Below are positions 8,585 to 17,677 of a DNA stretch of 42,657 bases, piece by piece. A program made the translations under genes and the position numbers. Origin of the DNA: Candidatus Iainarchaeum sp. (GTDB taxonomy: Archaea; Iainarchaeota; Iainarchaeia; Iainarchaeales; JAZDFD01); contig JAZDFD010000013.1 in assembly GCA_043808155.1 (NCBI GenBank), forward strand, positions 1 through 42,657, given 5' to 3'. Each line of letters begins with the position of its first letter. The first letter of the stretch is position 1. Under the pieces are notes generated by a model that worked only from the letters and a program-made list of their open reading frames with translations, searched no databases and had not been told where the DNA came from.

Positions 8585-9367
8585 ATGCTTAGAGAGTTGC
8601 TTATAGATGAATCTATTTTGCCGGATTTAGCCGAAATTTGTGGAATACATGCAGGTGATGGTTATCTCAGGAATGATGGCAGAAGAAGAGACTTAGACAT
8701 CAGTGGAGGTTTCGAAGAAAAAGAATACTATGACTCACACGTAATTCCTTTATGTGAAAAAGTATTTTCAACAAGCATTACTGGACGCTATTTCAACTCA
8801 AGGAACACTTACGGATTTGTTATTCGCGATGAAGAAATTGTTAATTTCATGCTTTCATTAGGGTTCCCAAATGGCAAGAAAACACTAACCGTCAAAGCAC
8901 CTGACTTTGTAATACACTCACGAAATTTGGATATAATTTATAGATTTATTCGCGGAGTGTTTGATACTGACGGTTGTTTGAACTTCCGTAAAAGAGAAGG
9001 TAGCAACTACGCGAAGTGCGATAAATTGAAACATAGCTATCCCCGCATTCAAATTTCATCATGTTCAACATATTTAATTGACGATTTAGCAGATCTACTA
9101 AAACGAACGGGGTTTCAATTTCGACAGTGTTATGATAAAACAAAACTTGAAAATTATAATGACAAATTCAAAATTTATTTGAGAGGTTACCAAAATCTTG
9201 AAAATTGGATGTTTAATATTGGTAGCAAGAACACATCTAAACTTTCAAGGTTCAATGTCTGGCAAAAATTTGGTTTTTGTCCACCAAACACTACTTTTGA
9301 ACAGCGAACCCAAATCTTAAATAATGAATTAGATCCTAATGTATTTTACAATGGGCCTATAATCTAA
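8585..9367 (+). CDS. free-standing two-motif LAGLIDADG homing endonuclease-like protein
   Basis: LAEICGIHAGDGYL and FIRGVFDTDGCL motifs; no Hint/intein termini; last codons overlap the tRNA. Confidence 0.88.
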   Translation: MLRELLIDESILPDLAEICGIHAGDGYLRNDGRRRDLDISGGFEEKEYYDSHVIPLCEKVFSTSITGRYFNSRNTYGFVIRDEEIVNFMLSLGFPNGKKTLTVKAPDFVIHSRNLDIIYRFIRGVFDTDGCLNFRKREGSNYAKCDKLKHSYPRIQISSCSTYLIDDLADLLKRTGFQFRQCYDKTKLENYNDKFKIYLRGYQNLENWMFNIGSKNTSKLSRFNVWQKFGFCPPNTTFEQRTQILNNELDPNVFYNGPII

Positions 9368-9455
9368 TGGACAGGATATCTCGCTTCGGCTTGTTTAAGT
9401 TAGTTCTTTTGCAAGAAGATACGAGACAATGGGGGTCCGAATCCCTCTAGGCCCG
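9353..9455 (+). tRNA. tRNA-Arg(TCG) with 31-nt intron (9390-9420) at position 37/38
   Basis: Acceptor GGGCCTA/TAGGCCC, D stem ATCT/GGAT, A20 Arg identity base, anticodon stem TCTCG/CGAGA, anticodon TCG 9386-9388, T stem GGGGG/CCCTC, G73, no encoded CCA; strict BHB: CTTC/GAAG helix, 3-nt bulges GGC and ATA, outer helix TTGT/GCAA. Confidence 0.93.
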
Positions 9456-9456
9456 T

Positions 9457-10206
9457 TTATTCAATAAGCACAGAACTATTTTTTTCATATTCCGGAATTG
9501 TTAGTTCATCAACTTTTTCAGAAAAAGAATTAATCTGCTCGTAATAGGAAGAACCATCTTCTGATTCAATCCTTGCAAATACAATAAAATTATTTTTAGA
9601 ATCTAAACACAAATTTCCTGAAAATGAATCTGCAGTAATTTTGTAAAGCTTGCAATCGCGTTCATAGCTGTCACTCTCGCTTTTTTTTTCAACTACAATC
9701 AAATCACGTGCATTACTGACACTAAGTCCTCTAAGAAATGAAAAAATTCTTTCATTGTCAAAAAACCTATTGAAGTGAACAGGACTCAGAGAACTTTCAA
9801 CACATCCACTTTTACATTCAACAACAATGTCCTCCAAATACCACTTAGTGTCTTCTTCCTCAATTTTAATCAAATTTCCTTTTTTTTCAATGATTTGTTT
9901 TTTATTATATTTTTCTTCGTTTCCTAATTTTAATTTAACAGTTCTTTCAAGTGAAAATTCTTTTATGTTTTTCAAATTTCCGATTTTTTCAAAGAATTTA
10001 TCACCCTCACTTTCAAAATCCTCCGCTGCAGTTTCATCAGTTTCAAGAATAACATTTACAAGAGAATCTGAATTGGAATTTGTTACATTTTCAGAAATCA
10101 CAGCCCCATCATTCCCCCCATTAACAAAAATATCCTCTTCACTAATGCACCCACTAATCAGCAAAGAAAAAATAATTAATCCAAATACTAATCCACTTAA
10201 TTTCAT
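9457..10206 (-). CDS. putative lipoprotein / secreted protein
   Basis: MKLSGLVFGLIIFSLLISGC lipobox-type signal; ATGA overlap with the upstream gene. Confidence 0.7.
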   Translation of the reverse strand: MKLSGLVFGLIIFSLLISGCISEEDIFVNGGNDGAVISENVTNSNSDSLVNVILETDETAAEDFESEGDKFFEKIGNLKNIKEFSLERTVKLKLGNEEKYNKKQIIEKKGNLIKIEEEDTKWYLEDIVVECKSGCVESSLSPVHFNRFFDNERIFSFLRGLSVSNARDLIVVEKKSESDSYERDCKLYKITADSFSGNLCLDSKNNFIVFARIESEDGSSYYEQINSFSEKVDELTIPEYEKNSSVLIE

Positions 10207-13142
10207 GAACACCCACCAGTGAATGCATGCATTTTCGGATCACCAATTTTAATTTCAATCCCTGCAAGATATTTACTCCCTAAATAATAACTGTCTGCTA
10301 AAACACAACCATCAGCATATGCTTTAACAAAGTGATATGGGTCTGAATATTGATTATCAAATCCTGATGTCACAACCCCGCTACTGCCTGAAGCACCATC
10401 ATTAATCAAATCAATTCCCAGTGTTTGCGTAGGACTTGCATGCCCGCCATTATGAGAATATGCAGTGTTTGGTGCAATTAATTCTGAAATTGAACCTTTG
10501 AGCCAATTAACATTTGGGGTATGGTCGCAAGTCCATTCACTGTCAAAGTCCTTTCCACCGGAAATTAAAACCGCAACATTAGTTTCTGATAAATCACAGA
10601 CACTGTTGTCCTTGTCAACAATAACACTATTTGCAGGCAAAACTTCTGATGCTCTGTGTATCAAAGTATTAAGTCTGCATTTTGCATTGTTAGTTCCCTG
10701 GTCTAAATAATCAAACACCAATGTTTTTGATGCACCTGTATTCACTTCAAACACATCATCAATAAGCTGTTTTGAATCATCAGGCAGTAAATCCCCATCT
10801 GTATCATCAGGAAATGAATCAATACGCGTAACTAAATACAAATTTGAAATATTGAACTGCCCGCTCTCTGAATAAGTTGGTAAATTGGGAACGGGATTAA
10901 AGCCACACTCTTCTAACTCATAATCTTTGGTTTCAGTTCCGGCAGTTCCTGCATAGGGGTTTGGAGTATTATATCCGAACCCATATTTCACTAATGTAAG
11001 TGCAGAATCAACAGACGCAAGTACATCCCCCGAAGAATTAGTAATTTTCAGTGGCAGTCCTTTCATAAGCGCAATATATTTTATACCGCTAATTGAATCC
11101 AAACAAGTATCTACACCAGTCATTATCAAATTTTGGAAATCATTTTCTGAAATTGTTTCACTAGTACCAAGTCCCGCAATTCCACATTTTTGATTTTCTA
11201 TTTTATGAATTCCCGCATAATATTCTGCAAGTTTGCTTGAAGTTACATTATTTGCATTAAAAACAACAAGCACATCATCATAATCATAATATGCACCTGG
11301 ATTGTAAACTGGTACAATTCTTTGGAATGAACTTCCGCTTACATTTTCTGCATCTGTATTTCCTGCACTTGAATGTGCAATGCATCCAACATAATAATCT
11401 GTTTCGCGCAGCCCATTAACAAGTGGACATTTATATGTGAAATTATTCAGTCCTGCAACAAAATTATGCATTTCCTCTCTTCCGCAATATTTATTGTTTG
11501 GATTACTTACATCAATTGGAAGTGAAGGGTCAGTCACCATGTAACATTTAACAGAAACATTATTTTCCGCATTATCTTTATCAACAGTTACATCTACATC
11601 CAAAAGCGTATTCCTATAATCAATATTTCCGCTTGGAAGTATGTCATTAATTATTAAAGTAAAATTTTCAATAGGATAAGGAATTTTTTCTATTGTTCCT
11701 GCACTTACACCTGTGCTGTTTACCCAATCATTAGCACCATGCTGGTCATCCCTAACTCTGCACCAAATAGGATACGAGACATTCTCTGCAAAGTTTGTTA
11801 GGTTACAGCTGTAATTCACGTTTCCATTATGCTGATTTTCCAAAGTATTATTGCAAGAAATTGAAGTGTCACCTAAATTTCCTGCAAAGCATTGCACAGT
11901 CATGTTATCATTTTCAGTATCATTAATCGTGAGCGTGATTGCATAATTGGATTCCCATGTTTGAACTGGAGTTGTTGGTTCACCCATTACAGGTGCATCT
12001 GGTATATTGTTTGGTGCTTCGCATGTATCATGAATAGTGCACCTGTCTGATGCATTTGCAAATTTATCATAACACCACCACTCACCTGTTATTCCTGTTC
12101 CATATTTCGCTTCACAATCTGCAGGGAATGACGGATCATTTGGATCGCAATCTTCGGTATAACCTGGTTCATCATCTACAATTCCATTTCCACACAAACC
12201 ACAAACCTGCTCAGAATCACAATCATCATCATAACAATCACTTAATGAATCACAATCATTGTCTGCATTATCTGTACATTGCGTTTCTGCACTGCAAGAT
12301 GAATCTACTGAACAGTCGCTATCACAACAGTCAGTCAATCCATCATCATCTTCATCTTCGCCTGTGTTGCAATAACCAACTTCATTTTCTTTCTTACAAT
12401 CTAAATCGTCATCTTCATAATCTGTTTTGCCGTCACAGTCATTATCTATATTGTCATTGCATGTTCCCTGTGCTTCAGATTCTTCCCATGCGCCCTTACA
12501 TTGTGAATCCGCACAATCCTTGTAACTATCACAATCATCATCTAATCCATTGCTGCATAAAATAAAATTACTTCCATCACTCTCTGGTTTTTCAGTATCT
12601 CCTCCCAAATAATCAGGTGGACTCTGTGCTTCACAACAATCAATGTCATACCATTGGGCGTCATTTTTGCATGCGTTTTCAGTACACCTTTTATACGCTT
12701 GATTGCCACTCACATGTGCAATACAGTCCCCATAATAACAATCAGAATAATAACACGGATTTCCTGATTCAGAAGTTGTTTTACAATCATTATCAGTTTT
12801 TGGGACAAGATAAGGATCAAACTCGCAAATTTCCACCCCACAGGTTCCATTGTAACATTTTTCAACAACCCCCGGAACAAAACACGTAGTCCATTGAGTG
12901 TTAACACATTTTTTTATTCCCTCAATTTCACCTCCGCCAATTTTTACAATACAGGGAACTTCTTCGCCTTCTTCAACACAGGGATAACTAATACCTCCGC
13001 CAGTCTCAAGCGCCATATTTGAAACACCCTTTCCCATGCCCGCAAGAACTACAAGTACAACAGCAACAATAAGCAATGCCCCTGCAATAAGTAAAAGATA
13101 TTCAATCGCACCCTGAGCACGGGATTTGGATAGAGCCTCCAT
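10203..13142 (-). CDS. 979-aa class III signal-peptide surface protein: Cys/Asp-rich repeats, beta-rich middle, C-terminal TIGR03790-like domain
   Basis: RA|QGAIEYLLLIAGALLIVAVV N-terminus; DNDCDG..DC.D.DC repeats; CGNG..EDCD; C-terminal VLVVFNAN..S..LAEYYA, YIALMKGLPLKI, SVDSAL, LYLVTRID, IGDP. Confidence 0.7.
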   Translation of the reverse strand: MEALSKSRAQGAIEYLLLIAGALLIVAVVLVVLAGMGKGVSNMALETGGGISYPCVEEGEEVPCIVKIGGGEIEGIKKCVNTQWTTCFVPGVVEKCYNGTCGVEICEFDPYLVPKTDNDCKTTSESGNPCYYSDCYYGDCIAHVSGNQAYKRCTENACKNDAQWYDIDCCEAQSPPDYLGGDTEKPESDGSNFILCSNGLDDDCDSYKDCADSQCKGAWEESEAQGTCNDNIDNDCDGKTDYEDDDLDCKKENEVGYCNTGEDEDDDGLTDCCDSDCSVDSSCSAETQCTDNADNDCDSLSDCYDDDCDSEQVCGLCGNGIVDDEPGYTEDCDPNDPSFPADCEAKYGTGITGEWWCYDKFANASDRCTIHDTCEAPNNIPDAPVMGEPTTPVQTWESNYAITLTINDTENDNMTVQCFAGNLGDTSISCNNTLENQHNGNVNYSCNLTNFAENVSYPIWCRVRDDQHGANDWVNSTGVSAGTIEKIPYPIENFTLIINDILPSGNIDYRNTLLDVDVTVDKDNAENNVSVKCYMVTDPSLPIDVSNPNNKYCGREEMHNFVAGLNNFTYKCPLVNGLRETDYYVGCIAHSSAGNTDAENVSGSSFQRIVPVYNPGAYYDYDDVLVVFNANNVTSSKLAEYYAGIHKIENQKCGIAGLGTSETISENDFQNLIMTGVDTCLDSISGIKYIALMKGLPLKITNSSGDVLASVDSALTLVKYGFGYNTPNPYAGTAGTETKDYELEECGFNPVPNLPTYSESGQFNISNLYLVTRIDSFPDDTDGDLLPDDSKQLIDDVFEVNTGASKTLVFDYLDQGTNNAKCRLNTLIHRASEVLPANSVIVDKDNSVCDLSETNVAVLISGGKDFDSEWTCDHTPNVNWLKGSISELIAPNTAYSHNGGHASPTQTLGIDLINDGASGSSGVVTSGFDNQYSDPYHFVKAYADGCVLADSYYLGSKYLAGIEIKIGDPKMHAFTGGCS

Positions 13143-13204
13143 GTTCTAAAATAACGTGAAACTAATATATATGCCTTATAGTCGACACAGCCAATAACCT
13201 AAAA

Positions 13205-14584
13205 TCAGTAATCCAAAAATTTCTCTTTGCTTTTTAAATAATCAGTTAAGAATTCTGCAAATCCTGAATCTTTTTTGTACATGTTAATAATTTCGGGTTC
13301 ATGAATTATTTTTGCTTTAGCAATTGCTTTTTTCAAAGGAAGCCGTTGTATGCTTTTTTCCTTATTCAAAAATTCCTTAATGAGTATATTTGCATCAGAA
13401 TATTTTCTAAGTTTTTCAACAACCCATCTGCCATTCTGAATCCAGGGACCTGCAGTAATTTTTTTATTTTCAGAAAGAAACTTTTCACTGTGTTCCTTCT
13501 GCGTAACCTCAGGCCCAAAGTGTTTCGTAACTTGTTGTATCTTCAGATTCTCAAGTTCTAAAATAATAACAATCTCATTTTTCTCATCAGTCCATTCTTT
13601 TCCATGGTATGCACGAAATTCATAATATTCCAAAACATTCAGCATCTTTCTTCTGAACTTTTTTATCTGCCCATAAATAACATCTAAGTTTGCATTTTTC
13701 GGATACTGCATTTTAATTGCAATCAATTCTTTCTTCTTCAGCAAATCTTTAACTTTTTTAACTTCCCATTTTTTAAATTTCTTCCCGAAAAAGAAATTAT
13801 TTGAGGGTTTTTTCAAAAAAGCACGTGTAGCAGCAACCAATCGTGAATATTGATCATAACTCAGTGCTGCAGCAACATTTCTGTTTTTATCAGTGGGGTC
13901 CACAACAATAAAGTGCGAATCAAATTTCTTACACGCGTCAGATTCATGTTTGTAATAGTTTTCAATATCAATAACTTCTCCGTTTTTCCAGTTAACTGCA
14001 TTCTTAATAAAATTTTCAAAGTTTCCGTATTTCAAAATCAAAAGTTCAGTAACATAACCAGGAACAGAACTCATTTTCAAATCTGCACCATAACACCCAA
14101 TTCCTTTCAGAAACTGACGCACTAAACGCACTTCATCTTTCTGAGTTTTAGATAATTTTCCTAATAAATAATTATTGTGAATAGGACTTCTGTCAACTGC
14201 ACTTAACTTTTCAGTTGCATCATCAATTTTATAACTCGGCACAATCTCAATATCAAAACCATCAATATTTCCTCTGATGTATGGGTGTTCAGAATATGAT
14301 TCCTCCCAAAAATGCCCTCTGAAAACTTCTTTTCCAATTCTTAATCCTTCTTTTTCAAATACATCTCTTGAAAGGTTCCTTGGAAACAAAACAAAAATAT
14401 CCAAATCTCTGTCGCCTCTCAAATTAGTGTCTCTTGCAAGAGAACCTGCTAACTGAACATCAATATGTGCCCCCTCAATTGCTTTAATTTTGGCAATTAT
14501 TTTATTTGCCATGTCAATGTCTTGTTTAATTTCGTTTTCAGAAGGTTTTACTTTTTTCAGAACATCTCTAATCAGTGTTTTCAT
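13205..14584 (-). CDS. cca: archaeal class I CCA tRNA nucleotidyltransferase
   Basis: GSLARDTNLRGDRDLDIF, YSEHPY, SAVDRSP, VVDPTDKNRNVAAAL. Confidence 0.95.
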   Translation of the reverse strand: MKTLIRDVLKKVKPSENEIKQDIDMANKIIAKIKAIEGAHIDVQLAGSLARDTNLRGDRDLDIFVLFPRNLSRDVFEKEGLRIGKEVFRGHFWEESYSEHPYIRGNIDGFDIEIVPSYKIDDATEKLSAVDRSPIHNNYLLGKLSKTQKDEVRLVRQFLKGIGCYGADLKMSSVPGYVTELLILKYGNFENFIKNAVNWKNGEVIDIENYYKHESDACKKFDSHFIVVDPTDKNRNVAAALSYDQYSRLVAATRAFLKKPSNNFFFGKKFKKWEVKKVKDLLKKKELIAIKMQYPKNANLDVIYGQIKKFRRKMLNVLEYYEFRAYHGKEWTDEKNEIVIILELENLKIQQVTKHFGPEVTQKEHSEKFLSENKKITAGPWIQNGRWVVEKLRKYSDANILIKEFLNKEKSIQRLPLKKAIAKAKIIHEPEIINMYKKDSGFAEFLTDYLKSKEKFLDY

Positions 14585-14711
14585 CTGTTCACGCTCAAGT
14601 CACTATATTGTATTTTCACTTTAATATATCTTATCCCCGTATTATTGGAAGTATGCTTTGTATCCTAAATCAGTGCGATTATTTATATATCACTTCTTTT
14701 ATTATATAATC

Positions 14712-16409
14712 ATGGACCCGCGATTAAGAGGCAAAGATCCTTTAGCAGAGAAAAAGGAGGAAAAAGAAGATCCAAAAGAAAAAACTTATGCACCACCAAA
14801 AAAAAATGAAAATGACCCAAACTCAGCACGCCCGCGAATAAGAGAGGCAAAAGGTCCAAGAATTGATTCTTATCAGAATGTTGAAATTTTTGACGGATTC
14901 CCCCATAAATTTTATGAAATAAAAAAGAAGGAATTCACGCCAACTGAAGAAAAAATGATTGAATTAATTGTTGATATTATACGAAAAAGAATTTCGATTG
15001 ATGAATTATCGAAAAATATAAAAGAAAAAGAAGTGAAAAACTTTGTTTTAGAACTCCGGGATTATATTGTGAAAAATTTAGAATTCAAAGGCGTACTAGT
15101 CAAACTCTCAGATCAAAAAACATATCTTGAATTAAAGGAAAAACTTTTGGAAATTGTAGACCCATTGAAATTCGTAAAAGATAAAACCTTATTTTGTAAT
15201 GAAATTCTTGCAAGAAGTATTGGTTATGGAAAAATAGACGTCCTAATGGATGACGGAGGTCTTGAAGAAGTTATGGTAAATGGTTTTAACAGACCGATTT
15301 TTGTTTTTCACAGACAACACGGAATGTGTAAAACCAATCTTGTAAGTGGTGGTAAAGAAGAACTTGAAGAATTAATTCTTAAAATTGCAAGAACAATCGG
15401 AAGGCAGTTCAATGAAAAACATCCGTTGTTAGATGCAAGACTTCCTGATGGGAGCAGGGCAAATGCAACTTATGATTATGCAACTCCGTTTGGCCACTCC
15501 CTGACAATAAGAAAATTCACACGCATTCCTGTTTCAATAATAAATCTTATTGAGAATAATACACTCACAAGTCATGCTGCAGCATTTCTTTGGGTAATGG
15601 TTGAAGGAATGCATGTAGAACCAATGAATATAATTATTACAGGCGGTGCATCCTCTGGGAAAACAACATTATTAGACGCGCTTAGTGTATTTATCCGCTA
15701 CTCTGAAAGAATAATTACAATTGAAGACACTTTAGAATTAGATTTAGGTTCAAGACAGAATTGGATTCAGATGGAAAGCAAACCAAAAATAAAAGACACT
15801 GAAGAAGTAAGCATGGATGATTTGCTAAAGAATGCATTACGTATGCGTCCTGACCGTGTAATTGTTGGTGAAGTGCGTGGGCCAGAAGCGCAAACACTTT
15901 TTGCTGCAATGGATATTGGTCACAGAGGTATTCTTGGTACGTTACACAGTAACACTGCAAAAGAAATGCTTGTGAGATTAAAATCTGCTCCAATGAATGT
16001 TCCTGAAATGATGCTTCCGCTTTTAGATTTAATAATTGTAACAAAGCGTGTACATCATGAAGAAGGAATTAACAGAAGAATTGCACAAATCGCAGAAATA
16101 ACTCATATGGAAAACCAAGTTCTTCTGGGAAATGTTTTTGAATTAGATCCGAAAACAGAAAGAGTAAAATTAACAGACGTTCCAAGTCACACATTAGAAA
16201 CTCTTGCAGACAAAACAGGACTATCTAAAAAAGACATTAAACGAGAAATAATTGTAAGAAAAAAAATCCTTGAGTGGATGATTAAAAAAGGAATGCGCAG
16301 AAATCACGAAGTTGAAGAAACTGTACAGCTCTACTACCGAAACCCAAGCAAAATATTAACTGAAGTGTCAGATGAAATTAGTGCAGACAACATTGATTTA
16401 ATTAACTGA
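14712..16409 (+). CDS. type IV pilus/secretion ATPase (TadA/CpaF/FlaI family), separate from the main pilus cluster
   Basis: LEEVMVNG, LDARLPDGSR, GGASSGKTT, TIEDTLEL, LRMRPDRVIVGEVRG, GH..GTLH; ATG 14712 follows TATA-like TTTATATA. Confidence 0.9.
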   Translation: MDPRLRGKDPLAEKKEEKEDPKEKTYAPPKKNENDPNSARPRIREAKGPRIDSYQNVEIFDGFPHKFYEIKKKEFTPTEEKMIELIVDIIRKRISIDELSKNIKEKEVKNFVLELRDYIVKNLEFKGVLVKLSDQKTYLELKEKLLEIVDPLKFVKDKTLFCNEILARSIGYGKIDVLMDDGGLEEVMVNGFNRPIFVFHRQHGMCKTNLVSGGKEELEELILKIARTIGRQFNEKHPLLDARLPDGSRANATYDYATPFGHSLTIRKFTRIPVSIINLIENNTLTSHAAAFLWVMVEGMHVEPMNIIITGGASSGKTTLLDALSVFIRYSERIITIEDTLELDLGSRQNWIQMESKPKIKDTEEVSMDDLLKNALRMRPDRVIVGEVRGPEAQTLFAAMDIGHRGILGTLHSNTAKEMLVRLKSAPMNVPEMMLPLLDLIIVTKRVHHEEGINRRIAQIAEITHMENQVLLGNVFELDPKTERVKLTDVPSHTLETLADKTGLSKKDIKREIIVRKKILEWMIKKGMRRNHEVEETVQLYYRNPSKILTEVSDEISADNIDLIN

Positions 16410-16509
16410 AAACCCGCTTTCGAGCGGGTGTGCCTAGTTATGTGTGAGACACGATTTCGACGTTTGGTCGAAATGTGCACATTTCTGTTCTGCAGAAATA
16501 TTGTTTTCA
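16408..16509. terminator. multi-hairpin intergenic element between convergent genes (possible bidirectional terminator or small RNA)
   Basis: acccgct-ttcg-agcgggt (16412-16429), atttcgac/gtcgaaat (16454-16474), atttctg/cagaaat (16481-16499), 16-bp palindrome 16470-16485. Confidence 0.5.
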
Positions 16510-17028
16510 ATGCCACGATAATAATTTTTTATAATCTGAACCTTTTTCACTTAACACAGATTCCATCAAATCCAGAGTTTCAGCTTCAAATTCTGCAGTG
16601 AAATTATTTTGTTTCAATTTTTCAATCAATTCATTGATCGTATTTCGCCCGAGAAATTTATTTCTTGCAATTGTTGCATGCGTACTGAATTTGTTGTCAG
16701 AAATTTGCAGAAGTTTTATCAATTCAGAATTAAGTTTTTGCATTTCATCTCCGCCTTCCTCCACATCCAACCAGATAATTTTTCCATTAAACTGCCCGAC
16801 TCCTGAAATTTTGATTTTAAATTTCTTAAACTCAAATTGCTGCAGTTTCACTTTTAATTCTTCAATACTCTCTTCTGAAAAATAACCCAAAAAAAGAATA
16901 GTAAAATGAATATTTTCTGCTTTAACAAGGTTCATTTTATTTTCAGGAATCTCAGAACTTATTTTAGAAAAAATTTCATTTTTAATTTCAGAAGGAATGT
17001 TAATCGCAAAAAAAATTCTTTTCTGCAT
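16507..17028 (-). CDS. thpR: RNA 2',3'-cyclic phosphodiesterase / 2'-5' RNA ligase (2H family)
   Basis: RIFFAI N-terminus, two HxT motifs (HFTILFLG, HATIAR), LMESVL..GSDY. Confidence 0.9.
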   Translation of the reverse strand: MQKRIFFAINIPSEIKNEIFSKISSEIPENKMNLVKAENIHFTILFLGYFSEESIEELKVKLQQFEFKKFKIKISGVGQFNGKIIWLDVEEGGDEMQKLNSELIKLLQISDNKFSTHATIARNKFLGRNTINELIEKLKQNNFTAEFEAETLDLMESVLSEKGSDYKKLLSWH

Positions 17029-17639
17029 TATTTCAACTCGTCTCTCGCAACTTTTTCAAATCTCTTTAACGCAGTATCATTTTTATCAAATTTTTCATTT
17101 GCAATATCAACTAATTGTTTCAAATATTCATCACTAACTAAAATTTCATTTTCAATTTTAACTGGCACTGCTAAACCTTGTGTTCCCTGAAGTTCAACAA
17201 TAAATTTTCCTGGCTTTGCAACAATAATTCCGCCGCGTTTAATTCCTGATTTTGTCATCACAGAAAGAATTTTTTTTGCGTGTTTCAAATCCCCTGCACC
17301 AATATGAAGAATGAATGCTTCCTGCTTAAGCCATACTGAATAAGGGGTTTTCTCATCCAAGGCTTCACGAACTTCCTTAAATTTCACTTTTCTGTGCCAT
17401 TTTCTGTGAAAAGCTGAAACTTTCTTTTTTTCATCCCTGTCCAATGCCAAAAGTAGAATTCTGCCTGAGCAGCTGCTTGAAGTAAAGTAATTTTTGGTTT
17501 TTGAAACAAATTTACACAGAGAAATCATCTTTTTATCTGCCTTTCCGTCAGAAACTGCCTGCTGAAAGGTTGTGAGATGTCTTTTTTTGATCATTTCAAA
17601 CCTAATTTCAGTCTTTGAATCTCTTTTTTCAGTTCCCAT
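17028..17639 (-). CDS. taw3: tRNA wybutosine-pathway methyltransferase Taw3/TYW3
   Basis: YFTSSSCSGRI, KWH, FILHI, SGIKRGGI; start uncertain (ATG 17639). Confidence 0.88.
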   Translation of the reverse strand: MGTEKRDSKTEIRFEMIKKRHLTTFQQAVSDGKADKKMISLCKFVSKTKNYFTSSSCSGRILLLALDRDEKKKVSAFHRKWHRKVKFKEVREALDEKTPYSVWLKQEAFILHIGAGDLKHAKKILSVMTKSGIKRGGIIVAKPGKFIVELQGTQGLAVPVKIENEILVSDEYLKQLVDIANEKFDKNDTALKRFEKVARDELK

Positions 17640-17677
17640 GTGAAAAACCTTTTTAATCTGTTTCAAACGTTATTTTA

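Noticed and set aside
8228-9362. 12-bp direct repeat atgggcctataa at 8228-8239 and 9351-9362, superficially like att/target duplication around the LAGLIDADG gene
   Set aside because: The first copy is the conserved FIGP-stop end of the Zn-finger gene; excision would delete that housekeeping gene; likely chance
8585-9367. Intein or intron-encoded status of the LAGLIDADG ORF
   Set aside because: No Cys/Ser start, no HN terminus, no host exons; the tRNA intron is only 31 nt and lies downstream
9384-9389. Reading the tRNA as Glu(TTC)
   Set aside because: The TCTCG/CGAGA stem and BHB register place TCG at 34-36, and A20 fits Arg
12050-12565. His-rich 171-aa ORF
   Set aside because: Arises from the antisense of Asp-rich (GAT) codons of the surface protein
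9457-13204. Possible island integrated at the tRNA 3' end
   Set aside because: No duplicate of the tRNA 3' end and no integrase seen
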